Assembly (NCBI RefSeq): GCF_018398935.1
Contig: NZ_CP074694.1
Span: 690,001-722,000, forward strand
Reading direction: 5' to 3'
Origin: Telmatocola sphagniphila
Lineage (GTDB): Bacteria; Planctomycetota; Planctomycetia; Gemmatales; Gemmataceae
DNA length: 32,000 nt
The notes under the pieces were generated by a model. That model did no database searches. It was not told the DNA's origin and worked only from the letters and a program-made list of their open reading frames with translations. Numbering within the stretch: the stretch's first letter is position 1; every line of letters starts with the position of its first letter. This document shows, piece by piece, positions 7,793 to 15,884 of this stretch. The position numbers and the translations under genes are program-made.

Positions 7793-8776
7793 ATGCAAAC
7801 TCAGCCATATCGATTTGCCTTGGCTTTTTTTTTCCTGGCTAGTCTGATCGGGATCATCTTTCCCGATACGGGTAGCCGAGCCGAAGAACCCGCAAAAGCC
7901 GATTGGCAAATGGTTTGGAGCGACGAATTCAATGGGACGGAGATCGATCCCAAAAAGTGGGATTTCGACATCGGCAATGGCTTTTACAACTACGATGCCA
8001 AACAGTGGATCAGCGGTTGGGGCAACGACGAACTGCAGTACTACACCAAGGAGAAAGATAATGCCTTCGTTGAAGGCGGCTATCTGCATATCCGAGCCAT
8101 CAAGGAATCGATTCATAATTGCGGTTACAGTTCCGCCCGGCTTAAGTCGCGAAAAAAAGACGGCAGCAGTTTGTTCAGCCAGACTTACGGCAAGTTCGAA
8201 TTCCGAGCCAAGCTCCCGACCGGGCAGGGCGTCTGGCCTGCGATTTGGATGCTCCCTCTTGCTGACAAATATGGCACCTGGGCTTCCTCTGGGGAAATCG
8301 ACATTCTCGAAGCTCGGGGACAGGAACCGACCAAGATTCTCGGTACCCTCCATTTCGGAGCAAAATGGCCGGCCAATCGTGAAGCCAGCAAAGCGATCAC
8401 CCTGCCCAAAGGAGGCCGTATCTCCGACTTTCATACCTATACCCTGGAATGGGAACCGGGGGAAATTCGCTGGCTTTTGGACGGTGAAGTCTACTCCACG
8501 CAAAAATCCTGGTGGAGTAGCTCGAAGCTGGAGGATGGCAAAGGGGTGAAGCCAACCCAAGAATCCGAATTGAATCCCTGGCCGGCGCCTTTCGATAAGC
8601 CCTTTTATCTGGTCATGAATCTGGCCATCGGGGGCAAATTTTTGGGCAATCCGGATAAGACGACTGAGTTCCCCTGTGAAATGCTGATCGATTACGTTCG
8701 GGTCTACGAGAAAGTCGGCGGCTATGGAGCAACCAAGCCGCGCGGCCGGGAAAATTTACCGTTCGAGAAAAAGTGA
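7793..8776 (+). CDS. Secreted glycoside hydrolase family 16 (beta-1,3-glucanase / laminarinase-like)
   Basis: Signal peptide 'FALAFFFLASLIGIIF'. 'VWSDEFNG' and 'GWGNDELQYYT' are present, along with the catalytic GH16 motif ExDxxE in 'GEIDILEARG'. Confidence 0.9.
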   Translation: MQTQPYRFALAFFFLASLIGIIFPDTGSRAEEPAKADWQMVWSDEFNGTEIDPKKWDFDIGNGFYNYDAKQWISGWGNDELQYYTKEKDNAFVEGGYLHIRAIKESIHNCGYSSARLKSRKKDGSSLFSQTYGKFEFRAKLPTGQGVWPAIWMLPLADKYGTWASSGEIDILEARGQEPTKILGTLHFGAKWPANREASKAITLPKGGRISDFHTYTLEWEPGEIRWLLDGEVYSTQKSWWSSSKLEDGKGVKPTQESELNPWPAPFDKPFYLVMNLAIGGKFLGNPDKTTEFPCEMLIDYVRVYEKVGGYGATKPRGRENLPFEKK

Positions 8777-8801
8777 GTTGCGAACGGCATTTTTAAGTCG
8801 A

Positions 8802-9536
8802 TTACATGTAGCCTTGCCAGTTCGGCTTCACGATCAGTTCCGGAATATGCACGTGGGGCGGTTGCAGGGCCACGAAGACCACGACATTTGCGATGTCTTC
8901 CGGTTTCAGGATCTTCGCCCGGTGTTCCGCCGATACCGGATTGGGCCGTTCGTCCAGAATCGGTGTATCGATTTCGCCTGGAAAAATGCTGGTCACTCGC
9001 AAACCGTTTTCTCTTTCCTCGTTCGCCAGACAGCTGGACAAGCCATCCAATCCGAACTTCCCGGCACAGTAGCCAGCGCCCCCCAGTGGATTGCCTCGTT
9101 TACCGGAAACGGAATTGATATTGATGATTAGGCCGTCTTTTCGGGCGAGCATTTGCGGCAGCACAGCGCTCATGCAGTAAAAGGCCCCGTCCAGGTTAGT
9201 CCGAACCAGTTGATTCCAGCTTTCGGGAGTTAGTTCCCGGAAGGCTCGTTGCTTGATGTTCAGTCCGGCGTTGTTGACCAGAATATCCACTTTACCAAAT
9301 TTTCGGGTAGCTTCAGCAATCAGAGCTTGAGCCTGTTTGGTATCGGTGACATCGGCGGCGAAGGAATGTAGCTTGGCACCTCCTTGGAGCGATTCCACGG
9401 CCTTGGCCAATTTGGCCGCGTCTCGTCCCGCGATGACGACCTGAGCTCCTTCTTCGAGGAAGCGTTTTGCCGTTGCCAGGCCCACGCCGCTGCCGCCACC
9501 TGTTACAACCGCCACTCTGTTTTTAAGATTTTGCAT
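8802..9536 (-). CDS. Short-chain dehydrogenase/reductase (SDR)
   Basis: ATG at 9536 gives 'MQNLKNRVAVVTGGGSGVGLATAKRF' (TGxxxGxG Rossmann motif). Also 'NNAG', a catalytic Ser in 'SVSG', and YxxxK in 'GYCAGKFG'. The track's 581-aa ORF is this gene plus stop-free read-through antisense to prfB. Confidence 0.9.
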   Translation of the reverse strand: MQNLKNRVAVVTGGGSGVGLATAKRFLEEGAQVVIAGRDAAKLAKAVESLQGGAKLHSFAADVTDTKQAQALIAEATRKFGKVDILVNNAGLNIKQRAFRELTPESWNQLVRTNLDGAFYCMSAVLPQMLARKDGLIININSVSGKRGNPLGGAGYCAGKFGLDGLSSCLANEERENGLRVTSIFPGEIDTPILDERPNPVSAEHRAKILKPEDIANVVVFVALQPPHVHIPELIVKPNWQGYM

Positions 9537-9628
9537 GTTTTCCTTCACTTGAAGTCGAGCGTTTCGCGCTCTTTGATTGTCTTCGTGATAGAATATGGAA
9601 TAGGCCTTACATCTATCGAGGAAGTGGA

Positions 9629-10751
9629 ATGAACGCGGAATTGCGAAGACGGACCGACGACCTGTGCAACAATTTGACGCAGCTACGGGACTCTCTTTGA
9701 CATCGCCGCCAAGATCCGGGATCGCGATGCCCTGAATGCCAAGATGGGGGAAGCGAACTTCTGGGATAGTCCTACCCAGGCCCAAAAAACCATTCAACAG
9801 TTGAAGCCGTTGAACGGGCTGATTAAACCCTACGAAGAATTGACTGCCTCGATCGGCGATCTGCAGGCTTTTGCCGAACTCTGCCAGGAAGACGAGACTC
9901 TCGAGACCGATTGGTTGAAAGAAATCGAGCGAGTCGAAAAGCTGTACGGCAATTTCGAACTTCAAGCGATGATGAGCGGCAAGCACGATGCCAGCAATGC
10001 TATTGTGCACATCCAGGCCGGCGCCGGGGGAACCGATGCATGCGACTGGGCTCAGATTATGTTGCGAATGTATACCCGCTGGGCCGAATCGCACGGTTTC
10101 AAAGTTGAGCTGCAAGACCAGGTGGAAAACATCGAAGCCGGTTTGCAGTCCTGCACTTTCCGTGTAGTTGGCGATTACGCCTATGGCTACCTCCAGAGCG
10201 AACTGGGTGTGCATCGTCTGGTCCGCATCAGTCCTTTCGGTAGCGGCGATACCCGGCAGACGTCGTTCGCGGCTGTCGATGTGCTTCCGGAACTCGATGA
10301 TACAATCGAAATCGTCATCAAGCCCGACGATCTGATCAAACAGACTTTCTGTTCCGGCGGACCGGGTGGACAGCATCAGAATAAAACGCAATCGGGCGTC
10401 CGGTGGATTCACGTGCCAACCGGCGTGGCGGCGGAAAGCCGTACCGAGCGCAGCCAGATCAAGAATGCCGAAAACGCCATGACTCTGCTCAAAGCCCGAC
10501 TGTATCGTATTGAAGAGCAGAAGCAGATGGCTGAGTTCGACAAGCATTATGAGACCAAAGCGGAAGTGGCCTTCGGCAGCCAGATTCGCAGTTACGTTCT
10601 GCAGCCTTACACGCTGGTTCGGGACGAACGAGACGGAATCGATGTGAAGACGGCCCAGGTGCTACCCGTCCTGGATGGCGATCTCGATCAGTTCATGCAT
10701 GCCTATCTGAGACACAAGACGGCTCGGATGCATCGCAAAAAATCGGCTTAA
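9629..10751 (+). CDS. prfB: Peptide chain release factor 2, expressed through a +1 programmed ribosomal frameshift (9629-9697 joined to 9699-10751)
   Basis: RF2 'SPF' motif in 'RISPFGSGDTRQTSFAAVDV' and GGQ motif in 'SGGPGGQHQNKTQSGVRWIHVPTG'. Frame 0 runs from ATG 9629 for 23 codons to TCT CTT TGA C. Shifting +1 after CTT reads GAC ATC GCC..., in frame with the track ORF 9744-10751. Confidence 0.9.
9692..9701 (+). other. prfB +1 frameshift (recoding) site TCT-CTT-TGA-C
   Basis: CTT at 9695-9697, in-frame TGA at 9698-9700 and C at 9701 are identical to the core E. coli prfB shift site CUU UGA C. Only a weak SD-like GGGA (9687-9690) lies upstream. Confidence 0.85.
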
Positions 10752-10760
10752 CAATCTTTC

Positions 10761-10802
10761 CCGGCCGATTCCTCCTTTACTCAGATTGGAGGAATCGACC
10801 GG
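10761..10802 (+). terminator. Strong stem-loop between prfB and tsaE (possible terminator or attenuator; no clear U-tract)
   Basis: ccggccgattcctcc (10761-10775) pairs with ggaggaatcgaccgg (10788-10802). That gives 14 of 15 pairs around a 12-nt loop, starting 10 nt after the prfB stop. The following sequence 'cttgcttgctg' is only moderately T-rich. Confidence 0.4.
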
Positions 10803-10846
10803 CTTGCTTGCTGTCCAAAAGAACTTCTGCTTACGGCCTTTGCGTT

Positions 10847-11353
10847 ATGGATCAGCCCAAGACCAGCTTTTCGTTCGCGATCGCGAATCTCGAACAGACC
10901 GAACGTCTGGGTCGCTGGCTGGGAAGTCGCTTATTCCCGAATTCGGTGGTCGCATTGCTGGGCCAACTGGGAGCGGGGAAGACTCATCTCAGTCGGGCAA
11001 TAGCTCAGGGACTGGAAATTTCCAACGAAAGACTGGTCACCAGTCCCACTTTCGTTCTGATTCAGGAATATCCGGCCCGGCTGCCGATTTTTCACTTCGA
11101 TGCCTACCGACTGGCCAATCCTCAGGCTTTTCGGGATCTGGGGGTCGATGAATACTACTCCGGCGGCGGCGTCTGCCTGATCGAGTGGGCGGACAGAATC
11201 GTTCCGGCGCTGCCCGAACAATATCTGGAAATTCGACTCGAGATTGTGCAGCAAGACGTTCGACTGTGCCAAGTTACGGCAATAGGGGAGCTGTACCGGA
11301 AAATCGTGGAGAATTTGCGTCTAGACTGGTCCGACGGACCAGAAGCGTCTTGA
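10847..11353 (+). CDS. tsaE: tRNA threonylcarbamoyladenosine (t6A) biosynthesis ATPase TsaE
   Basis: Walker A 'GQLGAGKTHLSRAIAQGL', then 'VTSPTFVLIQEY' and 'HFDAYRL', the signature order of TsaE/YjeE. I prefer ATG 10847 over the track's TTG 10808. Confidence 0.85.
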   Translation: MDQPKTSFSFAIANLEQTERLGRWLGSRLFPNSVVALLGQLGAGKTHLSRAIAQGLEISNERLVTSPTFVLIQEYPARLPIFHFDAYRLANPQAFRDLGVDEYYSGGGVCLIEWADRIVPALPEQYLEIRLEIVQQDVRLCQVTAIGELYRKIVENLRLDWSDGPEAS

Positions 11354-11413
11354 CATAACTCACTGGCTCCGCATAACTTAAATTTCTCGCTTTCGTTAGG
11401 AATCGCTTGATCA

Positions 11414-12367
11414 ATGGCACTTACTTTAGATCAGTACGCGGACGCCTTATTTGCCCGTAAGGACATCATGTTCCCGGCCGCGCCCGATCCCAAACCGATG
11501 AAGGCGAAGCCCCATGTGAAAAAGATGACGGGTTTAAAAGCCGTCTTCTGGAATATTTACGGGACGTTGCTGGTCATATCCGAAGGAAATTTTAAGCTCA
11601 AAAGCGACATCGAACTGATGCTGAATGTCGCCCTCGATAAAACGATCCACGAATTCAAGATGTGGCAGTCGATGAGCCGCAAGCCGGGCCAGCCGGCCGA
11701 ATATATGCGGGAGATTTATGACCGCGCCTTGCGGGAAGCCACCATGCTGCCTTCCCGCAACGAGAAATATCCGGAAACCCGATCCGAATTGATCTGGGAA
11801 AACATCATCAAACGGCTGCTTCAGAAGGAGTATAAGTTCGACGCCGCAATGTACGGCTCACTGAACCAGTTTACCCAGAAAGTGGCTTTTTTCTTTCACG
11901 TGGCGATGCAGGGGGCCGGGGCGTTTCCGGGGGCGGCCGATACGATCCGGAATCTGGAATCGCTGGGAATTGCTCAGGGCTTGTACGCGGATGGCCAGTG
12001 TTTTTCGACCGCGCATCTGGGATGGTGCCTCCGCGAGCAGAACAGCACCTTCGATATGGATCTGCTGATTCCCGGCCGGAATCGAAAGATTTCCTGCAAT
12101 TTCAACGCACGCAAACCTTCGGAAGCCTTTTTGGCCACGGTTACCAGCCATCTGGAATTGTTAAATATTTCTCCAGACCAGGCTCTTCATGTTGGCTGCG
12201 ACATGAATCGAGATATAATTCCTGCCAAGGCCGCCGGACTTCGCACGGCTCTGTTTGTCGGCGACCGGAACGCTGTTATAGCCTCCCCAGAACAGTTAAA
12301 GGACGATTCCACCCGCCCGGATATGTTGCTGACGGAACTGTCGCAACTGAACTTCATACTCGGCTAA
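11414..12367 (+). CDS. HAD-superfamily-like protein with a degenerate catalytic motif I
   Basis: Motif I position reads 'VFWNIYGTLL' instead of hhhDxDGTL. Motif III-like 'NARKPSEAFL' and motif IV-like 'HVGCDMNRDIIPAKAAGLRTALFVGD' are retained. Confidence 0.6.
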   Translation: MALTLDQYADALFARKDIMFPAAPDPKPMKAKPHVKKMTGLKAVFWNIYGTLLVISEGNFKLKSDIELMLNVALDKTIHEFKMWQSMSRKPGQPAEYMREIYDRALREATMLPSRNEKYPETRSELIWENIIKRLLQKEYKFDAAMYGSLNQFTQKVAFFFHVAMQGAGAFPGAADTIRNLESLGIAQGLYADGQCFSTAHLGWCLREQNSTFDMDLLIPGRNRKISCNFNARKPSEAFLATVTSHLELLNISPDQALHVGCDMNRDIIPAKAAGLRTALFVGDRNAVIASPEQLKDDSTRPDMLLTELSQLNFILG

Positions 12368-12378
12368 AGGATTGCCAT

Positions 12379-12900
12379 ATGCCACCGGTACCGTTTATTG
12401 AGCCAGCTCAGATAGATTGCTCGAAAATCGTGGCCGATCTCGACGAGATCAAGCGACTTAATCCCCATCGCGATAATATGTTGCAGCTGCACGCCATCGT
12501 CTTCCTCGACTTTGAAGCGATGCTCATCGCCGGCTATAAGGATGTCCGTTCCGATGAATTCTGGGTTTCCGGGCACATGCCGGGCTATCCGCTCTTTCCG
12601 GGCGTGATGATGTGCGAAGCGGCGGCCCAGATGATTTCCTTTTACACCAAGAAACTCTCACTGTTCGGCGATAATCTTTTGGGACTGGGTGGCTTGGATG
12701 GAGCCCGTTTCCGCTACCCCGTTCGTCCAGGCGACCGTCTGCTGATGATAGGCAAAGGCATAAAAGTCAGCCGGCGCATAACCGTTTTCGATGTGCAGGG
12801 TTACGTGGGATCGAACCTCTGCTTTGAAGTGCGCGTTTCCGGGGTGCCAATCCCGGGCCAGGAAAACATCAATAAAGTCCTCGAGGCGCCCAAGTCGTGA
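12379..12900 (+). CDS. FabZ/FabA-like beta-hydroxyacyl-(ACP) dehydratase (hotdog fold)
   Basis: AAGGA at 12366-12370 precedes ATG 12379. 'LNPHRDNMLQL' (compare 'LPHRYPFLLVD') and 'GHMPGYPLFPGVMMCEAAAQ' (compare 'GHFPxxPxMPGVLxxEAxAQ') retain the catalytic His and Glu. The track ORF start at 11998 is an out-of-frame overlap with the upstream gene. Confidence 0.75.
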   Translation: MPPVPFIEPAQIDCSKIVADLDEIKRLNPHRDNMLQLHAIVFLDFEAMLIAGYKDVRSDEFWVSGHMPGYPLFPGVMMCEAAAQMISFYTKKLSLFGDNLLGLGGLDGARFRYPVRPGDRLLMIGKGIKVSRRITVFDVQGYVGSNLCFEVRVSGVPIPGQENINKVLEAPKS

Positions 12901-13541
12901 GACGGATGAAACGGCTGCCCCTGGAAGAGTTGCAGCCTTACTCCTTTCCCGAAGCGGTTCGTGGCGAAGCCCCCCCGCCGGTGGATTGGCAACAAGTATT
13001 TGGAAATTCGAATCCCGTTGAGGTGGAAGTCGGGTTCGGCAAAGGGCTATTTCTGCTCACCGCGTCCAGCCAGCACCCGGAGATCAATTACTTCGGTATC
13101 GAGATCGTCCGGAAGTATCAGCTGGTAACGGCTACTCGACTGGCACTCAAACAAGTTCGCAACGTGAAAGTGGCTTGCGCCGACGCCAAGATTATGTTCG
13201 GACAGCAGATCGCCCCCGGAACCGTCCAGGCAGTGCACATCTACTTCCCCGATCCGTGGTGGAAGAAACGACACAATAAACGCCGTCTGTTTACGCCGGA
13301 GTTCGCCTGCGATTGCGGTCGAGTTCTGAAGCTGGGTGGTAAACTGCACCTGGTGACCGATGTGGCCGATTACTTCGCCATGGAACAGGAAACCATGCAG
13401 GGATTACCTTCGTTTCGAGAATGCGATGCGATCCCGGAATCTCGCGGCGAGCACGATTTCGACTATCTGACCAATTTCGAGAGGAAGTTTCGAAAAGAAG
13501 GGCGACCGATCCATCGGGTGAGCTACGAGAAAGTGGCTTAG
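12897..13541 (+). CDS. trmB: tRNA (guanine-N7)-methyltransferase
   Basis: 'EVGFGKGLFLL' (SAM-binding loop), 'INYFGIEI' and 'IYFPDPWWKKRHNKRRL' are TrmB signatures. GTG 12897 overlaps the fabZ-like stop (GTGA). ATG 12906 is an alternative start. Confidence 0.9.
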   Translation: MRRMKRLPLEELQPYSFPEAVRGEAPPPVDWQQVFGNSNPVEVEVGFGKGLFLLTASSQHPEINYFGIEIVRKYQLVTATRLALKQVRNVKVACADAKIMFGQQIAPGTVQAVHIYFPDPWWKKRHNKRRLFTPEFACDCGRVLKLGGKLHLVTDVADYFAMEQETMQGLPSFRECDAIPESRGEHDFDYLTNFERKFRKEGRPIHRVSYEKVA

Positions 13542-13561
13542 TGCAAGGTGGGCGATTTGCG

Positions 13562-14347
13562 TTAAGCACTCGATGAAACTGGGGGATTCATTTCAACGAG
13601 CGATTTCACTTCGGCGAGCATTTCCGTCCTCAAAACGCTTTCGAGTTCGACCAGAATGCGAGCCATGTCGCCGCCATCCATGACGCGGTGATCAAAAGTC
13701 ATCCGGCAGGCCAGCGAACCATCCGCTTCAAAAATCCCGTAATGCAACGTACTGGTCAGAGGTGTTTCCAGGCTCAAAGCGGTTGCTCCGTGCCCGGCCG
13801 TAACGCTGACGCCGTAGGTCCCCGAATTGTAGGCCCGAATTGTACCGTCGCAATTGAGCTGATACCACCAGCCCAGATGTCGCAGCCAGCGCGGCAGCTT
13901 GCTCACCCGTACAATTTTGCGCGTAGTACCATGCTTATTCAGCGGATCCTTCTGATACATCAGAATGCGGCCATCAATCTCAGTTAATGGCAATTCATGG
14001 GGTTTCCGGATCAGGCAGAAAATCACTCCCAAATCGCCGAGCACATCGCGCTCGATGACCACGCAGGCCACGCTATAGGGATGCTCGTAGAGTCTGGGGC
14101 GCGGGAATTTGAGATAAGCCCGGCGGAAGACCGGTATTCGCTGTCCCACGATGGCTAGCGCTTTTGTGAAGATTCCGCACCAACTCGGTTTGATCGAGCA
14201 GCAATTGCGAGCCGCCACTAGCTCTGCCAGTTGCATCCTCCTCTCGAAGGGAATCAAAGGGATTTCCCGGCTGAAATCCATCATGTCGCAGACGAATCTT
14301 CTGGAAATACTGAGAGAGATGTATCGTCCCATCGATCTCGTCCGCAT
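13562..14347 (-). CDS. Stand-alone 2-oxoacid dehydrogenase E2-type (CAT-like) acyltransferase catalytic domain protein
   Basis: 261 aa. The catalytic-site motif 'FDHRVMDGGDMARIL' (DHRxxDG) lies near the C-terminus, preceded by 'GTYGVSVTAGHG' (compare 'GGTFTISNxGxxG'). No lipoyl or subunit-binding domain is present. Confidence 0.65.
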   Translation of the reverse strand: MRTRSMGRYISLSISRRFVCDMMDFSREIPLIPFERRMQLAELVAARNCCSIKPSWCGIFTKALAIVGQRIPVFRRAYLKFPRPRLYEHPYSVACVVIERDVLGDLGVIFCLIRKPHELPLTEIDGRILMYQKDPLNKHGTTRKIVRVSKLPRWLRHLGWWYQLNCDGTIRAYNSGTYGVSVTAGHGATALSLETPLTSTLHYGIFEADGSLACRMTFDHRVMDGGDMARILVELESVLRTEMLAEVKSLVEMNPPVSSSA

Positions 14348-14481
14348 CGGGTTTTCCTTCGAATCTAGTAAATGATCTTTTTAATTTAATGAGAGAAATA
14401 CTCGCTTAGCAATGAAACTCCCCGCATTGCGAAAGAAGTTGCTAAACTAATCCGTCAAAAGCCTAAGGGAGAGTAAATCAG

Positions 14482-14883
14482 ATGGATAAGCCGTATACCG
14501 CCATTCAGATCGTGATGATGCCTCGGGATACCAATCCGCACGGTACGATCTTCGGCGGCGTCATTCTCAGCTACATCGACATGGCCGGCGCCATAGCGGC
14601 CCGGCGGGAAATCGCTCTTCGCGGCGGAGCGAAAGATATCGTTTTTGTCACGGTTGCCATCAATCGCGTCGAATTCAAACAGCCGGTGATGGTGGGGGAT
14701 GTCGTTCGGTTCGAAACTCATGTCCTGCGCATCGGCCGGACTTCACTAACCATGCACATTAACGTGATCTCGGAGCGCGCGGGAGAGGTCATCCCCGTCA
14801 CGGATGCGGAAGTCGTTTATGTGGGGATCGATAATTCTCAAGGTAAAAGGACTCCGATAGTGCTTCTGCCGCAGGAATCCTAA
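14482..14883 (+). CDS. Acyl-CoA thioesterase (YciA-like hotdog fold)
   Basis: AAGGGAGAG lies 8 nt upstream of the ATG. 'VMMPRDTNPHGTIFGGVILSYIDMAGAIAA' and 'VTVAINRVEFKQPVMVGDVV' match the acyl-CoA thioester hydrolase family pattern. Confidence 0.85.
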   Translation: MDKPYTAIQIVMMPRDTNPHGTIFGGVILSYIDMAGAIAARREIALRGGAKDIVFVTVAINRVEFKQPVMVGDVVRFETHVLRIGRTSLTMHINVISERAGEVIPVTDAEVVYVGIDNSQGKRTPIVLLPQES

Positions 14884-15884
14884 CCTCGTCGCGTGGCTCG
14901 GCGCCGGAAGAACTCATCGGCCAGCGTCCCGAACAGAAGCGTCAATCCGACGATCGCTTTCTGAGCCGCATCGGGAAACTCGGCGAAAACTATGAGTGGA
15001 TCGAGCACCTTCAGAACCATTGCTCCGAAGATCATTCCGACAACCGTCCCTTCACCGCCTCGCAAACTACAGCCGCCCAGCACGGCCCCCGTGATGGCGA
15101 ACAACTCCTCGCCTTCTCCAGAGTTGGAAGGCATTACGGATCCCAAATCCAAAAGCAAAAGTACACCGGAGAACGCCGCGAGACCGGAACAAATCACAAA
15201 GCCGGCAAATCGAAAGCGGGTGGTCCGGATACCGGCGTATCGGGAGGCCTGTTCGTTGTAACCGATTGCGTAACAATATCGGCCATAGATGCTGAAATGC
15301 AGTAATAAACCGATTATTAAGGCCATTCCCAGGAGCCAGATAAACTCCGCGGGAAAGAGCAGTTCTCCACGGGCGTCTTTTCCTATGAATATCCAGCGCA
15401 ACTGATCGATCGCAGCGGCCGCATCCGGATTGCCCGTCTTGATGGAATTCAAACCAACTGTGTTATCCCAGACTAAACGGGTGAGGCCTCGATAGACGAA
15501 CAGTCCGCACAAGGTTACGAGAAAGGGCTGTAACTGGAGTTGAGTAATCAGCAGTCCGTGGATCATTCCAATAATCAACCCGCCCCAAACGACTGCCGCG
15601 AAGGCCAGGTAAGGGTTCATGTGCCGTTTTTCGATGAGATAGCCGAAACTTACCGAGGCGAGTCCGATTACCGAACCAATGGAAAGATCGATAGCCCCGG
15701 TGATGATGAGAACCCCAACACCAAGTGTGGTGATGCCCAGTCGCCCCTGCCGATTGCCGACATCCTGGATAGTGCTCCAGTCGAGGGCATTCGGATTGGA
15801 GAAGTAAAGGGCAATGTAGAGGGACACCAATATCGCGAGGACACCAGTAATTCGTACCATTCCGAGAGTATCCTTAATAGCCAA
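14880..15884 (-). CDS. Sugar (CUT2 / ribose-type) ABC transporter permease
   Basis: Polytopic membrane protein with 'GAIDLSIGSV' and 'GRYCYAIGYNEQASRYAGIRTTRFRFAGFVICSGLAAFSGVLL...GEELFAITGAVLGGCSLRGGEGTVVG', the RbsC/BPD_transp_2 pattern. Its start overlaps the ATPase gene's stop by 11 nt. Confidence 0.85.
   Translation of the reverse strand: MAIKDTLGMVRITGVLAILVSLYIALYFSNPNALDWSTIQDVGNRQGRLGITTLGVGVLIITGAIDLSIGSVIGLASVSFGYLIEKRHMNPYLAFAAVVWGGLIIGMIHGLLITQLQLQPFLVTLCGLFVYRGLTRLVWDNTVGLNSIKTGNPDAAAAIDQLRWIFIGKDARGELLFPAEFIWLLGMALIIGLLLHFSIYGRYCYAIGYNEQASRYAGIRTTRFRFAGFVICSGLAAFSGVLLLLDLGSVMPSNSGEGEELFAITGAVLGGCSLRGGEGTVVGMIFGAMVLKVLDPLIVFAEFPDAAQKAIVGLTLLFGTLADEFFRRRATRRG

Noticed and set aside
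7825-7833. T9 homopolymer inside the GH16 signal-peptide coding region, a possible slipped-strand phase-variation tract
   Set aside because: It simply encodes Phe-Phe-Phe in the hydrophobic core. There is a single tract, no evidence of length variation and no contingency-locus context.
7655-8560. 301-aa ORF on the minus strand, fully antisense to the GH16 gene
   Set aside because: It has no recognisable motif and a Gly/Arg/Pro/Phe-skewed composition. It is completely covered by a plus-strand gene with unambiguous GH16 catalytic motifs, so it is a typical shadow ORF.
9586-9594. -10-like elements in divergent intergenic regions: TGATAGAAT (extended -10-like) upstream of prfB, and TATAAT at 1133-1138 between the RNase HII-like and HIT genes
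   Set aside because: These are plausible promoters, but no convincing -35 element sits at proper spacing. Promoter consensus in this lineage is not something I can assume, so they are not reported as features.
9537-10547. N-terminal 337 aa of the 581-aa minus-strand ORF, lying upstream of the SDR domain and antisense to prfB
   Set aside because: The SDR Rossmann motif begins 8 residues after the internal Met at 9536. The upstream part has no motif and mirrors prfB codons. It also spans the divergent promoter region. It is a stop-free antisense read-through, not a fusion protein.
11998-12378. 5' extension of the FabZ-like ORF (the track gives 300 aa starting at 11998)
   Set aside because: It overlaps the HAD-like gene in another frame and has an Arg/Ser/Gly-rich off-frame composition. 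An AAGGA plus ATG at 12379 gives a normal-length FabZ-like protein.
14406-14445. Nested short inverted repeats (ttagcaa/ttgctaa and gcaatg/cattgc) in the thioesterase 5' region, a possible alternative-hairpin attenuator
   Set aside because: The arms are only 6-7 nt and AT-rich. There is no leader peptide or U-tract. It cannot be distinguished from chance in a promoter-like AT-rich region.
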